Assembly: GCA_965242725.1 (NCBI GenBank)
Contig: CBDESZ010000022.1
Span: 1-64,000 of the forward strand
Direction: 5' to 3'
Source of the DNA: Alkalispirochaeta sp.
GTDB lineage: Bacteria; Spirochaetota; Spirochaetia; DSM-27196; Alkalispirochaetaceae
Length of the DNA stretch: 64,000 nt
Positions within the stretch are counted from its first letter, which is position 1. Every line of letters begins with the position of its first letter. The notes beneath the pieces were generated by a model. It was not told the DNA's origin and did not search any database. It was given only the letters and a program-made list of their open reading frames with translations. Shown here piece after piece: positions 50,021 to 59,971 of this stretch. Position numbers and translations under genes: made by a program.

Positions 50021-50715
50021 GTACGGAAGGTATCTGCCATTCCGAACGCCGCGGCGGTGCTTCTCAATTCGGGCAGTGCGTCGCCGCGGAGGGCAACAAA
50101 GACAAAATACGCTCCCACCATGACGATGCTCAGGACAATCAGTATCGCGGCGATAAGTACGACGATGTTAAAGGGACGACCGACAGTCCGCGCTTCCTCA
50201 GACTCTTCTTCATCGTCAAAGCCGATCAGCTCGTCGTCACCGATTGTGTCCCGCCGTTCCGCGACGGCGTCATGGAGCGCCTCTTCCCCTTCAAAGAAAT
50301 CAAAATCATCGGTGAAGTCATCTTCGTCCGATTCAAATGCCTCAAGGCGGACATCGGAAACAGCGGACGATTCATCGGGCAGCTGAAAATCCCCGGATTG
50401 GCCGGAACCGGACAGATGTGTGGAGAAACTCTGATGGTGGTCACCCGAACCGTCCCGGATTGTAGCCTCCACCGCACCGGAGCTGTCCAGCGAGAGCTGA
50501 AACTCCAACTCCCGCCCCGCCTCTTCCGGAAGATCGTCAAGCACGAGGGACCCGACAAATTCGTCGCCTTCTTCGCTTCGACGGATCAGATCTACCTGCA
50601 CACTCTGCTGTCCATCCCGCGCCACGGTGAGGACCATCCGCTTTTTCTGCGGCTCATCGTCGGTAAGTACCGGATAAAAAGTGTGATCTGCAAGTTTTAT
50701 ACCAATTTGTGCCAC
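50017..50715 (-). CDS. Membrane-anchored protein with Hsp70-peptide-binding-like N-terminal domain
   Basis: IGIKLAD.TFYPVL...LTVARDGQ.SVQVDL, acidic linker, C-terminal TM helix; AGGAG before GTG. Confidence 0.6.
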   Translation of the reverse strand: MAQIGIKLADHTFYPVLTDDEPQKKRMVLTVARDGQQSVQVDLIRRSEEGDEFVGSLVLDDLPEEAGRELEFQLSLDSSGAVEATIRDGSGDHHQSFSTHLSGSGQSGDFQLPDESSAVSDVRLEAFESDEDDFTDDFDFFEGEEALHDAVAERRDTIGDDELIGFDDEEESEEARTVGRPFNIVVLIAAILIVLSIVMVGAYFVFVALRGDALPELRSTAAAFGMADTFRT

Positions 50716-50836
50716 GACGCGCTCCTACGATATTGACGCTATGGATTTATCCCCTCTTTGTCAACGCGACGGCGGCGGGAGCGGAACGTCATGGCCAGCG
50801 CATTAAATCAGAGGAGCCGGCGGCAGGTGCGGAACG

Positions 50837-50865
50837 TTGACACGCCACAACGGCCGACGGATAAT
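50837..50865 (+). promoter_or_regulatory. Sigma70 promoter, leaderless geometry
   Basis: TTGACA-17 nt-GATAAT, then 6 nt to ATG 50872; no Shine-Dalgarno. Confidence 0.7.
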
Positions 50866-50871
50866 GGCGCA

Positions 50872-52228
50872 ATGCCGTTTCCCGTCATAATTGGCATCCT
50901 TATTCTGGTTATTTCTCTTTTGACTGCCGTCTACTGGTTCACACTGGGGAACAAAGATACTCCCAAGAAGAAAAAACAGAACGCTCCACAACGGCAGGAT
51001 CGTAACGCCGTATTGCGGGAGGCCAATCGTCAACTGGCGTCAAATCCCCGTGACCACCGGGCCCTCAACCAGATTGCGGACCTCTACTACGACGAACAGT
51101 CGTGGGAGAAGTCTATGAAAACCTACGGTATTCTCATGAATCTCGCCGCGTCAAATCAGGAGATCGACGAATGTCTGGTCACCACCCGCTACGGACTCTC
51201 GGCGCTCCAGCTCAACCAGTATGATGAGGCGTACAAGGCGCTCATGGTCGCCCGGACGATCAATGAAGAGCCCTTTGACATCAATTACAACCTGGGATAC
51301 CTGGAATATCGGCGGAAAAATTACGAACGGGCGGCACAACTCCTTCGCGCCGCCCTGGAAGCGCAGCCGGAACACGTTGCCGTACGACGGTACCTCGGGC
51401 GGACCATGTACAAGCTCCAGAAATTCAAGGACGCCCTCCGATATCTGCGGCAGGTCGTAGACCTCGCGCCGGAAGACAAGGAGTCTCTCTTTTTTTCTCG
51501 CCCAGAGTTACCATGAGCTGGGACAGAACGAGCAGGCCCTCATGATTTTCAGCCACCTCAGGCCCGACCCGACCATGGGACCCCACGCATCGTTGTTTGC
51601 GGGTATTATCCGCATGTCAAAACGGGAACTCGAAAAGGCGACGATGGATTTTGAACTCGGCCTGCGCCACGAAAAAGTGCGGGAAGATGTTGCCCTGGAG
51701 CTTCGCTACCGCCTGGCCGATGCCTACACGCGACAACAGGACATCGGAAAGGCGCTCCATCAGCTCGTTGAAATTCACCGGGTCAATCCGGGGTACAAGG
51801 ACGTAGCCGCCCAGATCGCCCGCAACAAGGAACTCCACAGCAATCGCCACCTGCAGATCTATCTCATCTCGCCAACCAGCGAATTTCTCTCTCTCTGCCG
51901 CAGGATGGTCATGACGTTCTACAATAACGCGAAAGTGAAGATCGTGGACGTGCAGATTCAACAAAATGAATACGCCGACATCCTGACGGAGGTCGAAACT
52001 GCACGATGGGAAGATGTGATTCTCTTTCGATTTATCCGCGGTACCGGCCAGGTGGGAGAACTGGTTGTTCGCGAACTTAACTCCCGGCTCAAAGAGACGA
52101 GGGCGGGACGCGGATTTTGCATCACCGCCGGTTCATATTCCGAGACGGCGACGCATTTTGTGGAGGCACGGCTGATAGACCTCCTGGACAAGGACAAACT
52201 CCTGGAAATATTCAACCGCCTCGACTGA
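50872..52228 (+). CDS. Membrane-anchored TPR protein with C-terminal Mrr-like domain, frameshift at T-run near 51490
   Basis: N-terminal TM, TPR repeats (YNLGYLEY, YLGRTMY, YRLADAY), C-terminal VGELVVREL..RGFCITAGSYSETA..F...RLIDLLD. Confidence 0.8.
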
Positions 52229-52234
52229 GTATCG

Positions 52235-53315
52235 TTACCGTTCCACGGTGTATCGGACTATCTGTGCCGTCTCCTGGTTGGTCGCGACGATATGGTCTCC
52301 GCCGGGATGGTGGACCACCGTCACCTGGGCTGTTCCCGTCCCCTCGGCGATGGTCACAACCGCGGGCTCCTGTTCTCCCGTCCATTGAAGAAGTTCCAGA
52401 TTCTTGTGTCCGCTGCGGTTTCCTACAATGACCGAGGGCACGCCGTTGACCGGACCGGCCCAGAGCCCGTGGCCGAAGGCTATGGGACGGGTCTCCCGGC
52501 GAGCGGCAGGAGCGTCGTCAACGGTGTCATAGACAACCAACTCATCGCCGTGAAAGGGTTCGATCGTCACCATTTCATCACGGCCATCCTGATCAATATC
52601 GAGAAACGCCATTTCCGAGACTTCGCCGTTGAAAATTTTGTGAAAGCGCCACCGTTCTTCCGGCAATTCCGGGATCGCGGCGCGATACATCCCCCTCCTC
52701 GCCGGAAATATAGATCCATCGCCCCCGGGCGAGAAGTCCGTGGTTCTTATGCAGTTCCGGCAGCACCGGCCGGAGCGGTATCGGCGCATCGGCGGGTAGA
52801 TAGTCGAGGCCCCCGCCGTCCCGTCGGCCCGTCGTCGCGGAGTTGCCGAGGGCGTGGGCGAGGCGGTTCCCGGGAATTTCCGCTGCGAAGAGGGCTCCCG
52901 GTCGACACCAGTCATCCCTGTCGCTCTTTGTCAGGGCGATCGTTGCCGCAAGGACGACGACACCCGTTCCGTTTGCATAGCTGTGTAACCGATGCAGAAA
53001 GGGAAGATCAAACAACCGTACCGGAGACCCCGCTTCGGTGACTCCCGCGACGTAGACGGCGGATCGGTGAAAGTCGTATCCCACATTGGAGCCGCCGATC
53101 ATGAAGACGGCGTCCCGACCTGGCACCGGTACGATGTCGAGACACCCTCCGGGACCTTCCGATACGGTTGTCACGTCCCATTGCTTCGGGTCTATACGCA
53201 CCACCGCACCGGCCCCTTCGCTGGCGACGATGACGGCGGTGCCGAATGAAAAATCGACCTTCCGTGCAACATATGGATTCGGCATTGAGGCGAGAACCGC
53301 GGCGGTGATCTTCAC
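52235..53315 (-). CDS. FG-GAP/VCBS-like beta-propeller hypothetical protein, frameshifted
   Basis: GTG overlapping upstream stop; LPFLHR, KNHG, DIDQDGRDEMVTIEPFHGD, FGHGLWAG spread over alternating frames. Confidence 0.6.
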
Positions 53316-54208
53316 GACTCCTCCGTCCGCCCGATATTGATGCCGAGAAGATCTTCCCACAGTTGCACGATCACCGGCTGTGACCTGGGGCCGTCGCCGC
53401 GGGCGATTGCCGCGGTAAAGACCTCATCAACGATTGCGGTCACGGGAACGGGAATATGGGATGACCTGGCGAGGTTGCGTGCGTATCCGAGATCCTTGCT
53501 CAAAAGGTCGACGGTTCCTCCCGGGCTGTAGTCCCCCTTTGTGACTGCATCGATCGTGACGTCCAGCACCGGCGACCCCGCCCATCCACCGCGTATGGCG
53601 GCGTGCAGATCTCCTGGATCGATACCCGCTTTGGCGCTGAGGGCGAGACCCTCTGCGATCGAGGTGAACGCGGCGCCCACGATCATATTGTTGACCAGCT
53701 TTGCGACGCCACCGCTTCCGGTGTCGCCGACACGAACAACGGACCGGCCCATCATCTCCATGAGAGGACGGAACCGTTCAATCAGCTCCTCCGGCCCGCC
53801 GCACATGATGGAAAGCGAGCCCGACTCCGCGCCGAGCTGTCCGCCCGAGACGGGAGCGTCAATATATCCGATGCCGCGTTTTGCCGCGCTAGTTGCGAGG
53901 AGGCGTGTCGCTTCCGGTTCCGTCGTCGAGACGTCGATAATGACGTCGCCCGGTGAAAGGTGTTCCGTCAATCCGCCGGGACCATCCACCACATCTCGTA
54001 CCGCTCCCGTCGAGGGGAGGGAAAGGAATACCACTTCCGCCGCCGCGGCAACCTCGGGAACGCCGGCGACGACGGTCATTCCCGTCGAACCCGCAACGGC
54101 GTGCAAACGTTCCGTATCCCGGTCGTAGGCAAAGACGCTGTGCTTCCCCTGCAACCGGGTTGCCATCGGAGCACCCATCACTCCGAGACCGATCCATCCG
54201 ATATTCAT
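53312..54208 (-). CDS. Beta-hydroxyacid dehydrogenase (3-hydroxyisobutyrate dehydrogenase/GarR family)
   Basis: IGLGVMGAPMA, DVST, DAPVSGG, KLVNN, KDL. Confidence 0.93.
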   Translation of the reverse strand: MNIGWIGLGVMGAPMATRLQGKHSVFAYDRDTERLHAVAGSTGMTVVAGVPEVAAAAEVVFLSLPSTGAVRDVVDGPGGLTEHLSPGDVIIDVSTTEPEATRLLATSAAKRGIGYIDAPVSGGQLGAESGSLSIMCGGPEELIERFRPLMEMMGRSVVRVGDTGSGGVAKLVNNMIVGAAFTSIAEGLALSAKAGIDPGDLHAAIRGGWAGSPVLDVTIDAVTKGDYSPGGTVDLLSKDLGYARNLARSSHIPVPVTAIVDEVFTAAIARGDGPRSQPVIVQLWEDLLGINIGRTEES

Positions 54209-54217
54209 GAAGGCCGG

Positions 54218-54706
54218 TTACCAGTCAAGCTGTACAGTAAATCCGGCAAATACCTGGACGGGCTGACTGGAAAACTGCGGTTTGGGATAAAAATCGAAAC
54301 CGGGGGCAACTTCGACAAAAAACTCAAGGAAGTCGTCCAGGAGGAGAACGCTCAGCGCAAAGGGAACGCGGGCACCGCCGTCAAACTGGACATCTCCGTC
54401 GCCGTCGCGCCCCTCCGGATAGAGCTTGCCGTAAAGTCCGATACCGAAAGAGCCGTGGAGCACTTCCACCAACTGGCGATTGTCGATAAGGCGCAGATCG
54501 CCGGCGAGAAACACGTACTGCTTCCCCTCGGTCAGGTCGTATCCGATCTTCACATCCATCGGCGACGGCCGATATACGAGCACACCATTGGGCGTCCCCG
54601 CCGCCAGTCCGAGACGACCCGGCCTGTTGCCGACCTGTGCGAAAAGCGGCGTTGCAACGGCAACTGCCAACAATAGGGTGACCAATATGAACTGTCGTTT
54701 CATCAT
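54218..54706 (-). CDS. Small outer-membrane beta-barrel protein (DUF3996-like)
   Basis: Signal peptide, alternating-residue strands (GARVPFALS, LEFFVEVAPG), C-terminal Trp; GGAGG before ATG. Confidence 0.7.
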   Translation of the reverse strand: MMKRQFILVTLLLAVAVATPLFAQVGNRPGRLGLAAGTPNGVLVYRPSPMDVKIGYDLTEGKQYVFLAGDLRLIDNRQLVEVLHGSFGIGLYGKLYPEGRDGDGDVQFDGGARVPFALSVLLLDDFLEFFVEVAPGFDFYPKPQFSSQPVQVFAGFTVQLDW

Positions 54707-54734
54707 ATCCTCCGTGGCCAGTATACGATATTTC

Positions 54735-54763
54735 TTGTCCGCTGGCCCATTGCCTGATATAGT
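54735..54763 (+). promoter_or_regulatory. Sigma70 promoter of the PilZ-fusion operon
   Basis: TTGTCC-17 nt-TATAGT with TGn extension, 12 nt before ATG 54776. Confidence 0.6.
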
Positions 54764-54775
54764 CATTTCTCAATT

Positions 54776-57700
54776 ATGGCCGAAAAACGTCAACACCCGC
54801 GTGTGGTGCATCGGGACGTGGTCAGGTTTGAGGGAAACGGTGCGACCATTGAGGGGTTGTCCGTTGATATCAGTCGGGCGGGGATTCAGGTTGAAGTCGC
54901 CGATCCCCATTCCCTGAACAGTGTTGAAACGATCCGGTTTTCACTTCCCAATACGAAGTCGGAACTGGAGCTCCCCGTACGTATTACCCGCCGGGAAAGC
55001 GCTGCGGACGGGAACGGTCAGCATAGACTCGGCTGTGAATTCCTCCGCAAATCAGATCAGCATATTCGTCTCATCGAAAACTACATCCGCGACACCGTCG
55101 CCCTTCCCGATCAGGATGGTCGCCAGATTCCCCGCATTACCACGTCGATTCCGGTGGAGTGGGATGACGGTCGCTCCCGGGGGACGATTGAAAACATCTC
55201 ACTCACGGGGGTGCGCATTTCCACGGAACGTGCCGTGGAGGTCCACAGGGATCTGCATCTCACATTCACACTGCCCGAACGAGGGGGTGCGACAAAGGCA
55301 TCGGCCCGCGTCGTCTATACCATACGGGAGGAATCGAGCCGGAACGTGCGGTTCGGCGCAACCTTTGTGGACCTTCCCCAGGTGCATCGTGCGCGCATCA
55401 ATAATTTCATTGAACAGACGACTGCGGTGACCTCACTCAAGTCGGTATGGGCGCGCCTCAACACCGACGGCGGGCGGGGATACACCCTGGAGGGGCATGA
55501 ACTCGCCGTCATCCTGCAGCGGGTGCCCGGGATCGTCTTCCATATCCTCATGGAGGGTGACCTCTCCATACATACGGCCACGGCGTCATATGACGGCGGG
55601 GAGCGGGAAATGCGGTTTACCCTGGTTCCCCAATCGGGTAGTTCCCCGTCCCAACCGGGGCAACGCCTCTTCGTCACCTTTACCGCCCTGGGGAGCAACT
55701 ACTATTTCGCCGCTCCCATAACCGGGATTTCCCGCCCCGACGCGACCGCCGCCGGCTCCGGGACCGTCGAAAATCGTGACGGAGTGTCGCAGGTCGTCAC
55801 CCGATGGCCGCAACACATCCATCGTTCCGACGACCGTGCCGATCACCGCTCGCCGGTGGAGAGCGACCAGCGGCTTTCGTTACGGCCCGAAGGAGGTATG
55901 GCACTTCTTGAGGGTCTCCTCATTGATGTGAGCCACGGGGGGTTTCTCTGCTCCCTGACCGTATCCGCCTCTGAAACGGGGCAGCTGCAGCCCGATACCG
56001 CGGTTGCAATTGAAACGGACGGCCCGGTGCCGCTCCAAAGCTACGGACGAATACGGCATCGGGAAATCAGGGACGACACCGGGGAAGGTGCCGATACCCG
56101 TGTGGTCTACGTCGGCGTGGAAACGGGGGTACGCCACGGTACCTTCGTACGTAGAGAGATATCCACCGATGAATGGGAACGACGCCTTGAACGATTAAGG
56201 AACGAGGACGACGGGGAAACGCCGGACGTTGAATCGCGCCACATTGAGACGCGGCGCATTTCCTATCGCAACAACGAAGGACACCGTATCGTCGCCCTCA
56301 TGAACCGCGTCGGAGACGACCGGTCGGGACGTCCGACGGTCGTCATCATTCCCCCCGCCTTCGGAAAGAAGAAGGAAAACCCGGCGCCGCTGGCGCTGAC
56401 CTTGTGTACAACCTTTCTCCGTGCAGGTGCGCCGCTCGTCGTTATTCGGTACGACGGTATCAACCGTCCCGGTGAGAGCCACAACGAAGGGGGTGGAGCA
56501 CTGCGGGGATACGAGATGATCCACTACCGGCCGACCCAGGGAGTACGGGACATATCGACTACGCTGGATTTCGTATACGGCAACGGCGAGTTTATTCCAC
56601 AACGGGTCATTCTCATCACCAGCAGTATGTCCTCGGTGGACGCACGAAAACTCCTCGTCCGGGAAGGTCGCGTAGACGGCTGGATCAGCCTCATGGGAGT
56701 CCCCGCCGGCAGAACCACCATGATGAACGTCCTCGCCGGAACGGACATCATTGCAAATTACCGCCTCAGCGTCCCCAACGGGGTACGGGGCATGCTGGGT
56801 CACCTGGTCGACATGGATGTGGTTGCCCGGGATCTCGTGGAGGAGCATTACGCCTTCGTTGCCGATGCGCGTCACGATATGGCTCTCATTGACATTCCCG
56901 TCACGTGGATCGTCGGCCGGCATGACCACTGGGTGGACAGGGAAGAAGTTGAAGACATCATGTCCGTCGAAGCCGGCGCCCCCCGGGAGGTGGTCCACAT
57001 ACCCACCGGCCACAACCTCAGAAACAGTGACGACGCAGCCGAGGCATTCCGCATCATCGCCCAGTACTGCGCCGATGCGGCGGGGCTGTCGGTGGAAGCG
57101 GCGGCACCTCCCCGGGAGGCGGTCCTCCAGACACTTTCCCGGGAACGTGAGGGACTCTACAAACCGATTGACACCGACACCGTCACCGCCTACTGGCACT
57201 CCTACCTTCTCGGCGGCGACGGAACGAGTGAAGGCTACGATTTCTACCGGAATCTGGCGGAGTTCCGCGAGTTCATCGCTCAGGAAGCGGAGATGCTGGA
57301 CCCGCAACCTGGTGATCACATTGCGGATATGGGGTGTGGAACGGGTATTCTCACAGAGGCCCTCCTGCGCAGGCTCGTCGACGACGGGCCACGTAACGAT
57401 GACAGACCTCCCTCCGGAATCGTCGCGGTGGATATCATTCCGGACGCCCTCGTCCGGGCGGAGAAGAAATGCCGGCTCATCCTCGGAGAAAACGCACCGG
57501 CGCCTGACATATCACTTGAATTCCGGACGGCAAATCTCGAGCCGGACCGATATGCCCCGGTGCGGGACTTTGTATTGAACCGACAGTTGTCGCCGGCCTT
57601 TCTCAGGGGCCGCATCGAGGGGCTGTACGACAGCGTGGTGGATCTCTGGGACAGGGAAGACTCTGCGGGCGACATTCTCCGCGGAGACGATATCGCCCTG

Positions 57701-58270
57701 CCCGACGATTTTCCCCGTGCCGATGAGGCACGGGAGTTCCGCACCGCCGCCCGCGTTGCCACAGGCCACATGGACGCAGCGGACGCATGCTATTCGATTT
57801 TCTCCTTCGGAGACGCGCCGCGGCAGAGGGCACAACGAGAGGAGCCGCGACGGTACGACCGTCTCGCGGCGAGCCTCTTCATTTCCTATATTCTGAACCC
57901 CGATTACCTCCTCTGGGAGTTTCATCGCATGCTGCGCCCGGGCGGGGTGATCCTCGTCTCTTCCATGCGTCCCGACAGCGACGTTTCAAAGATCTTTACC
58001 ACCTACATTGAAGAGGTGGACTCGGGACGGGCCGATGCGACGCACCGCGGAGCGGCCGACGCGATGCTCAATGAGGCGGCGGCACTCTTTGAACTGGAAG
58101 AGGAGGGCCATTTCCGCTTTTACACCGCCGAAGAATTGTCGGCCATGTTGATCGCCGCCGGTTTCACGGATGTCCGGGTGCGACCTTCCCTTGGAACGCC
58201 CCCGCAGGCGTACATCGCGACGGGTATCGCCGTCGAAAATCCCCCCGAGCCATGGAGGAACTATGCATGA
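54776..58270 (+). CDS. Multidomain protein: three PilZ domains, LuxD-like alpha/beta-hydrolase, class I SAM methyltransferase
   Basis: RQHPR..DISRAG, RQIPR..NISLTG, RADHR..DVSHGG; RYDGINRPGES, TSSMS, DHWVDREEV, GHNL; ADMGCGTG and RMLRPGG. Confidence 0.85.
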   Translation: MAEKRQHPRVVHRDVVRFEGNGATIEGLSVDISRAGIQVEVADPHSLNSVETIRFSLPNTKSELELPVRITRRESAADGNGQHRLGCEFLRKSDQHIRLIENYIRDTVALPDQDGRQIPRITTSIPVEWDDGRSRGTIENISLTGVRISTERAVEVHRDLHLTFTLPERGGATKASARVVYTIREESSRNVRFGATFVDLPQVHRARINNFIEQTTAVTSLKSVWARLNTDGGRGYTLEGHELAVILQRVPGIVFHILMEGDLSIHTATASYDGGEREMRFTLVPQSGSSPSQPGQRLFVTFTALGSNYYFAAPITGISRPDATAAGSGTVENRDGVSQVVTRWPQHIHRSDDRADHRSPVESDQRLSLRPEGGMALLEGLLIDVSHGGFLCSLTVSASETGQLQPDTAVAIETDGPVPLQSYGRIRHREIRDDTGEGADTRVVYVGVETGVRHGTFVRREISTDEWERRLERLRNEDDGETPDVESRHIETRRISYRNNEGHRIVALMNRVGDDRSGRPTVVIIPPAFGKKKENPAPLALTLCTTFLRAGAPLVVIRYDGINRPGESHNEGGGALRGYEMIHYRPTQGVRDISTTLDFVYGNGEFIPQRVILITSSMSSVDARKLLVREGRVDGWISLMGVPAGRTTMMNVLAGTDIIANYRLSVPNGVRGMLGHLVDMDVVARDLVEEHYAFVADARHDMALIDIPVTWIVGRHDHWVDREEVEDIMSVEAGAPREVVHIPTGHNLRNSDDAAEAFRIIAQYCADAAGLSVEAAAPPREAVLQTLSREREGLYKPIDTDTVTAYWHSYLLGGDGTSEGYDFYRNLAEFREFIAQEAEMLDPQPGDHIADMGCGTGILTEALLRRLVDDGPRNDDRPPSGIVAVDIIPDALVRAEKKCRLILGENAPAPDISLEFRTANLEPDRYAPVRDFVLNRQLSPAFLRGRIEGLYDSVVDLWDREDSAGDILRGDDIALPDDFPRADEAREFRTAARVATGHMDAADACYSIFSFGDAPRQRAQREEPRRYDRLAASLFISYILNPDYLLWEFHRMLRPGGVILVSSMRPDSDVSKIFTTYIEEVDSGRADATHRGAADAMLNEAAALFELEEEGHFRFYTAEELSAMLIAAGFTDVRVRPSLGTPPQAYIATGIAVENPPEPWRNYA

Positions 58271-59690
58271 CCTCATAGCGACGATAGACGGTGCGCTTGC
58301 GACGTGGGGGCCTCACCCCGTCCTCATTGAAGTCGACGGGAACGGGACCATCACTCCGATCCCCTCATCGGAGCTCCTCCGACGGATCGACGGGGCGGAA
58401 CACTCCCTCCGGCGGTTCGGAGTTCAACGGTACGACGTGGTCGCCCTCTTTCTGGAGAATTCAGCGGATTACATCGCCGTCCTCATCGCCCTGTGGCGGC
58501 TGGGAGCGATACCGGTCTTTGCGAAACTGGAGTACCGCCGCAATGAACTGACCACCATTTTTCGCGACATCGATCCCGACGGGATAATCACGGAAGAGCA
58601 CTATCTGCCCCACCTGAAACAGTTCTATCCCGGACGGGGAATCATCGTTCGCAGACCCGACGGACTCGCTGCGGCGCAGCCCGTTACCCGGCACCACGTT
58701 TCGGAGGAGACGGTATCGGGAATAGCATCGATCAACTGCACCTATCGCGGCTGCGGCGAACTCCTGGGAAGCATGGCGACGGAGCGGCAGTATCTCCACG
58801 GGGCGAAGGTCCTGCAGGACGGTCTGCAGGGGAACGCCGGTGAATCGATGCTCTACCCCCTTCCACTGAGCCACATTTTCACCTTGATCGGCTGCCTTCT
58901 GGTACCCCTCATGTACGGAATGACAGGTGTAATCACCCGAACCGTCCATCCCAGAGTTCTCTTTGACACGATACATAAACTGGAGATCCGCCATATGACG
59001 GCGGTACCGGAGATCTATCGTCTCCTTGCACGCTCCTTTCGGTCGAAGCGGCCGCCGGAATCGCTGAAGACATTTGTTTCCGGCGGAAGCACCCTGGAAG
59101 CGGGAGAGTGCCGCAATTTCAACGATATCTTTGAGGTCGAAGTCCTCCACGGTTTCGGCCTGACCGAATTTACGCCGGTGAGCCGCAATGTACGGAATGA
59201 GAGCCGGTGCGGGACGGTAGGCCCTGTCTGCGACGGCGTGGAGGTATCCATCGCCAATCCCGACGACGAGGGGAAAGGGGAAATACTCGTCAAAAGCGAC
59301 GCGCTGGGATTGGGGTACTACAATCGCCCTCAGGCGACACGACAAGCCTTCCGGGACGGCTGGTTTCACACCGGTGACCGGGGATTTTTTGACGGGGACC
59401 ACCTCGTGTTCGATCGGGAGATAAAGGCGACAGGTAAAATCAACGGCGTCATGGTGGACCGGGAAGAGATCCGTCGGACGATCCTTGCGGCGACGCCCGC
59501 GCTCGACGCGGAGGTCCGACTGCAGGGAAATTCCATTTTGGCACTTCTGGAATTACCGGAAGACGCCGATATTGAGGGGGAACAAAAAAGACTTCATAAA
59601 GTGTTACCCCACCAGCTGGCGGCGTACAAGATTCCCCGTCGTCTGGAGCAGCGGGTCAGACCGGCCGTGGGCGAAAGAGAGGAACCGTGA
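58263..59690 (+). CDS. AMP-binding (acyl-adenylate-forming) enzyme, atypical
   Basis: LPLSHIF, SGGS, GFGLTE, GEILVK, GWFHTGD, YKIPR; P-loop reads CTYRGCGELLG; GGAGG before ATG 58263. Confidence 0.85.
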   Translation: MHDLIATIDGALATWGPHPVLIEVDGNGTITPIPSSELLRRIDGAEHSLRRFGVQRYDVVALFLENSADYIAVLIALWRLGAIPVFAKLEYRRNELTTIFRDIDPDGIITEEHYLPHLKQFYPGRGIIVRRPDGLAAAQPVTRHHVSEETVSGIASINCTYRGCGELLGSMATERQYLHGAKVLQDGLQGNAGESMLYPLPLSHIFTLIGCLLVPLMYGMTGVITRTVHPRVLFDTIHKLEIRHMTAVPEIYRLLARSFRSKRPPESLKTFVSGGSTLEAGECRNFNDIFEVEVLHGFGLTEFTPVSRNVRNESRCGTVGPVCDGVEVSIANPDDEGKGEILVKSDALGLGYYNRPQATRQAFRDGWFHTGDRGFFDGDHLVFDREIKATGKINGVMVDREEIRRTILAATPALDAEVRLQGNSILALLELPEDADIEGEQKRLHKVLPHQLAAYKIPRRLEQRVRPAVGEREEP

Positions 59691-59971
59691 GCGACAGAGA
59701 ACAACCGACGGAGCTGATGAATTCTGCGGCTCTCCGGGACCGACTGGAAATGATCGTTTCCCGCATATCGAGAATCCCCCGGGAAGAGTTTGAAGATGAG
59801 GTGCTCATCCGGGAGGAACTGGGCATCGACAGCCTCATGGCAATGGAAATCACCGCCGCGGTGGAGCGGGAGTTCAGCGTTGAGATCAATGAGGCGGAAA
59901 TGTTTTCAATCCAGGCGGTAGGCGAGTTTGCGCGGTTTGTAGAAGAGCGGTACCGGGAGACCCATGGATAA
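59687..59971 (+). CDS. Acyl carrier protein
   Basis: ELGIDSLMAMEI phosphopantetheine site, acidic, 94 aa, GTGA overlap with upstream stop. Confidence 0.92.
   Translation: MSDREQPTELMNSAALRDRLEMIVSRISRIPREEFEDEVLIREELGIDSLMAMEITAAVEREFSVEINEAEMFSIQAVGEFARFVEERYRETHG

Noticed and set aside
50872..52228. Mrr-type restriction or anti-phage system
   Set aside because: Membrane-anchored TPR fusion in a housekeeping neighbourhood with no clear catalytic motif and no methylase or defence genes nearby
56250..57090. Bioluminescence (lux) operon suggested by the LuxD-like domain
   Set aside because: No luciferase, LuxC reductase or LuxE synthetase; the domain is fused in an unrelated context
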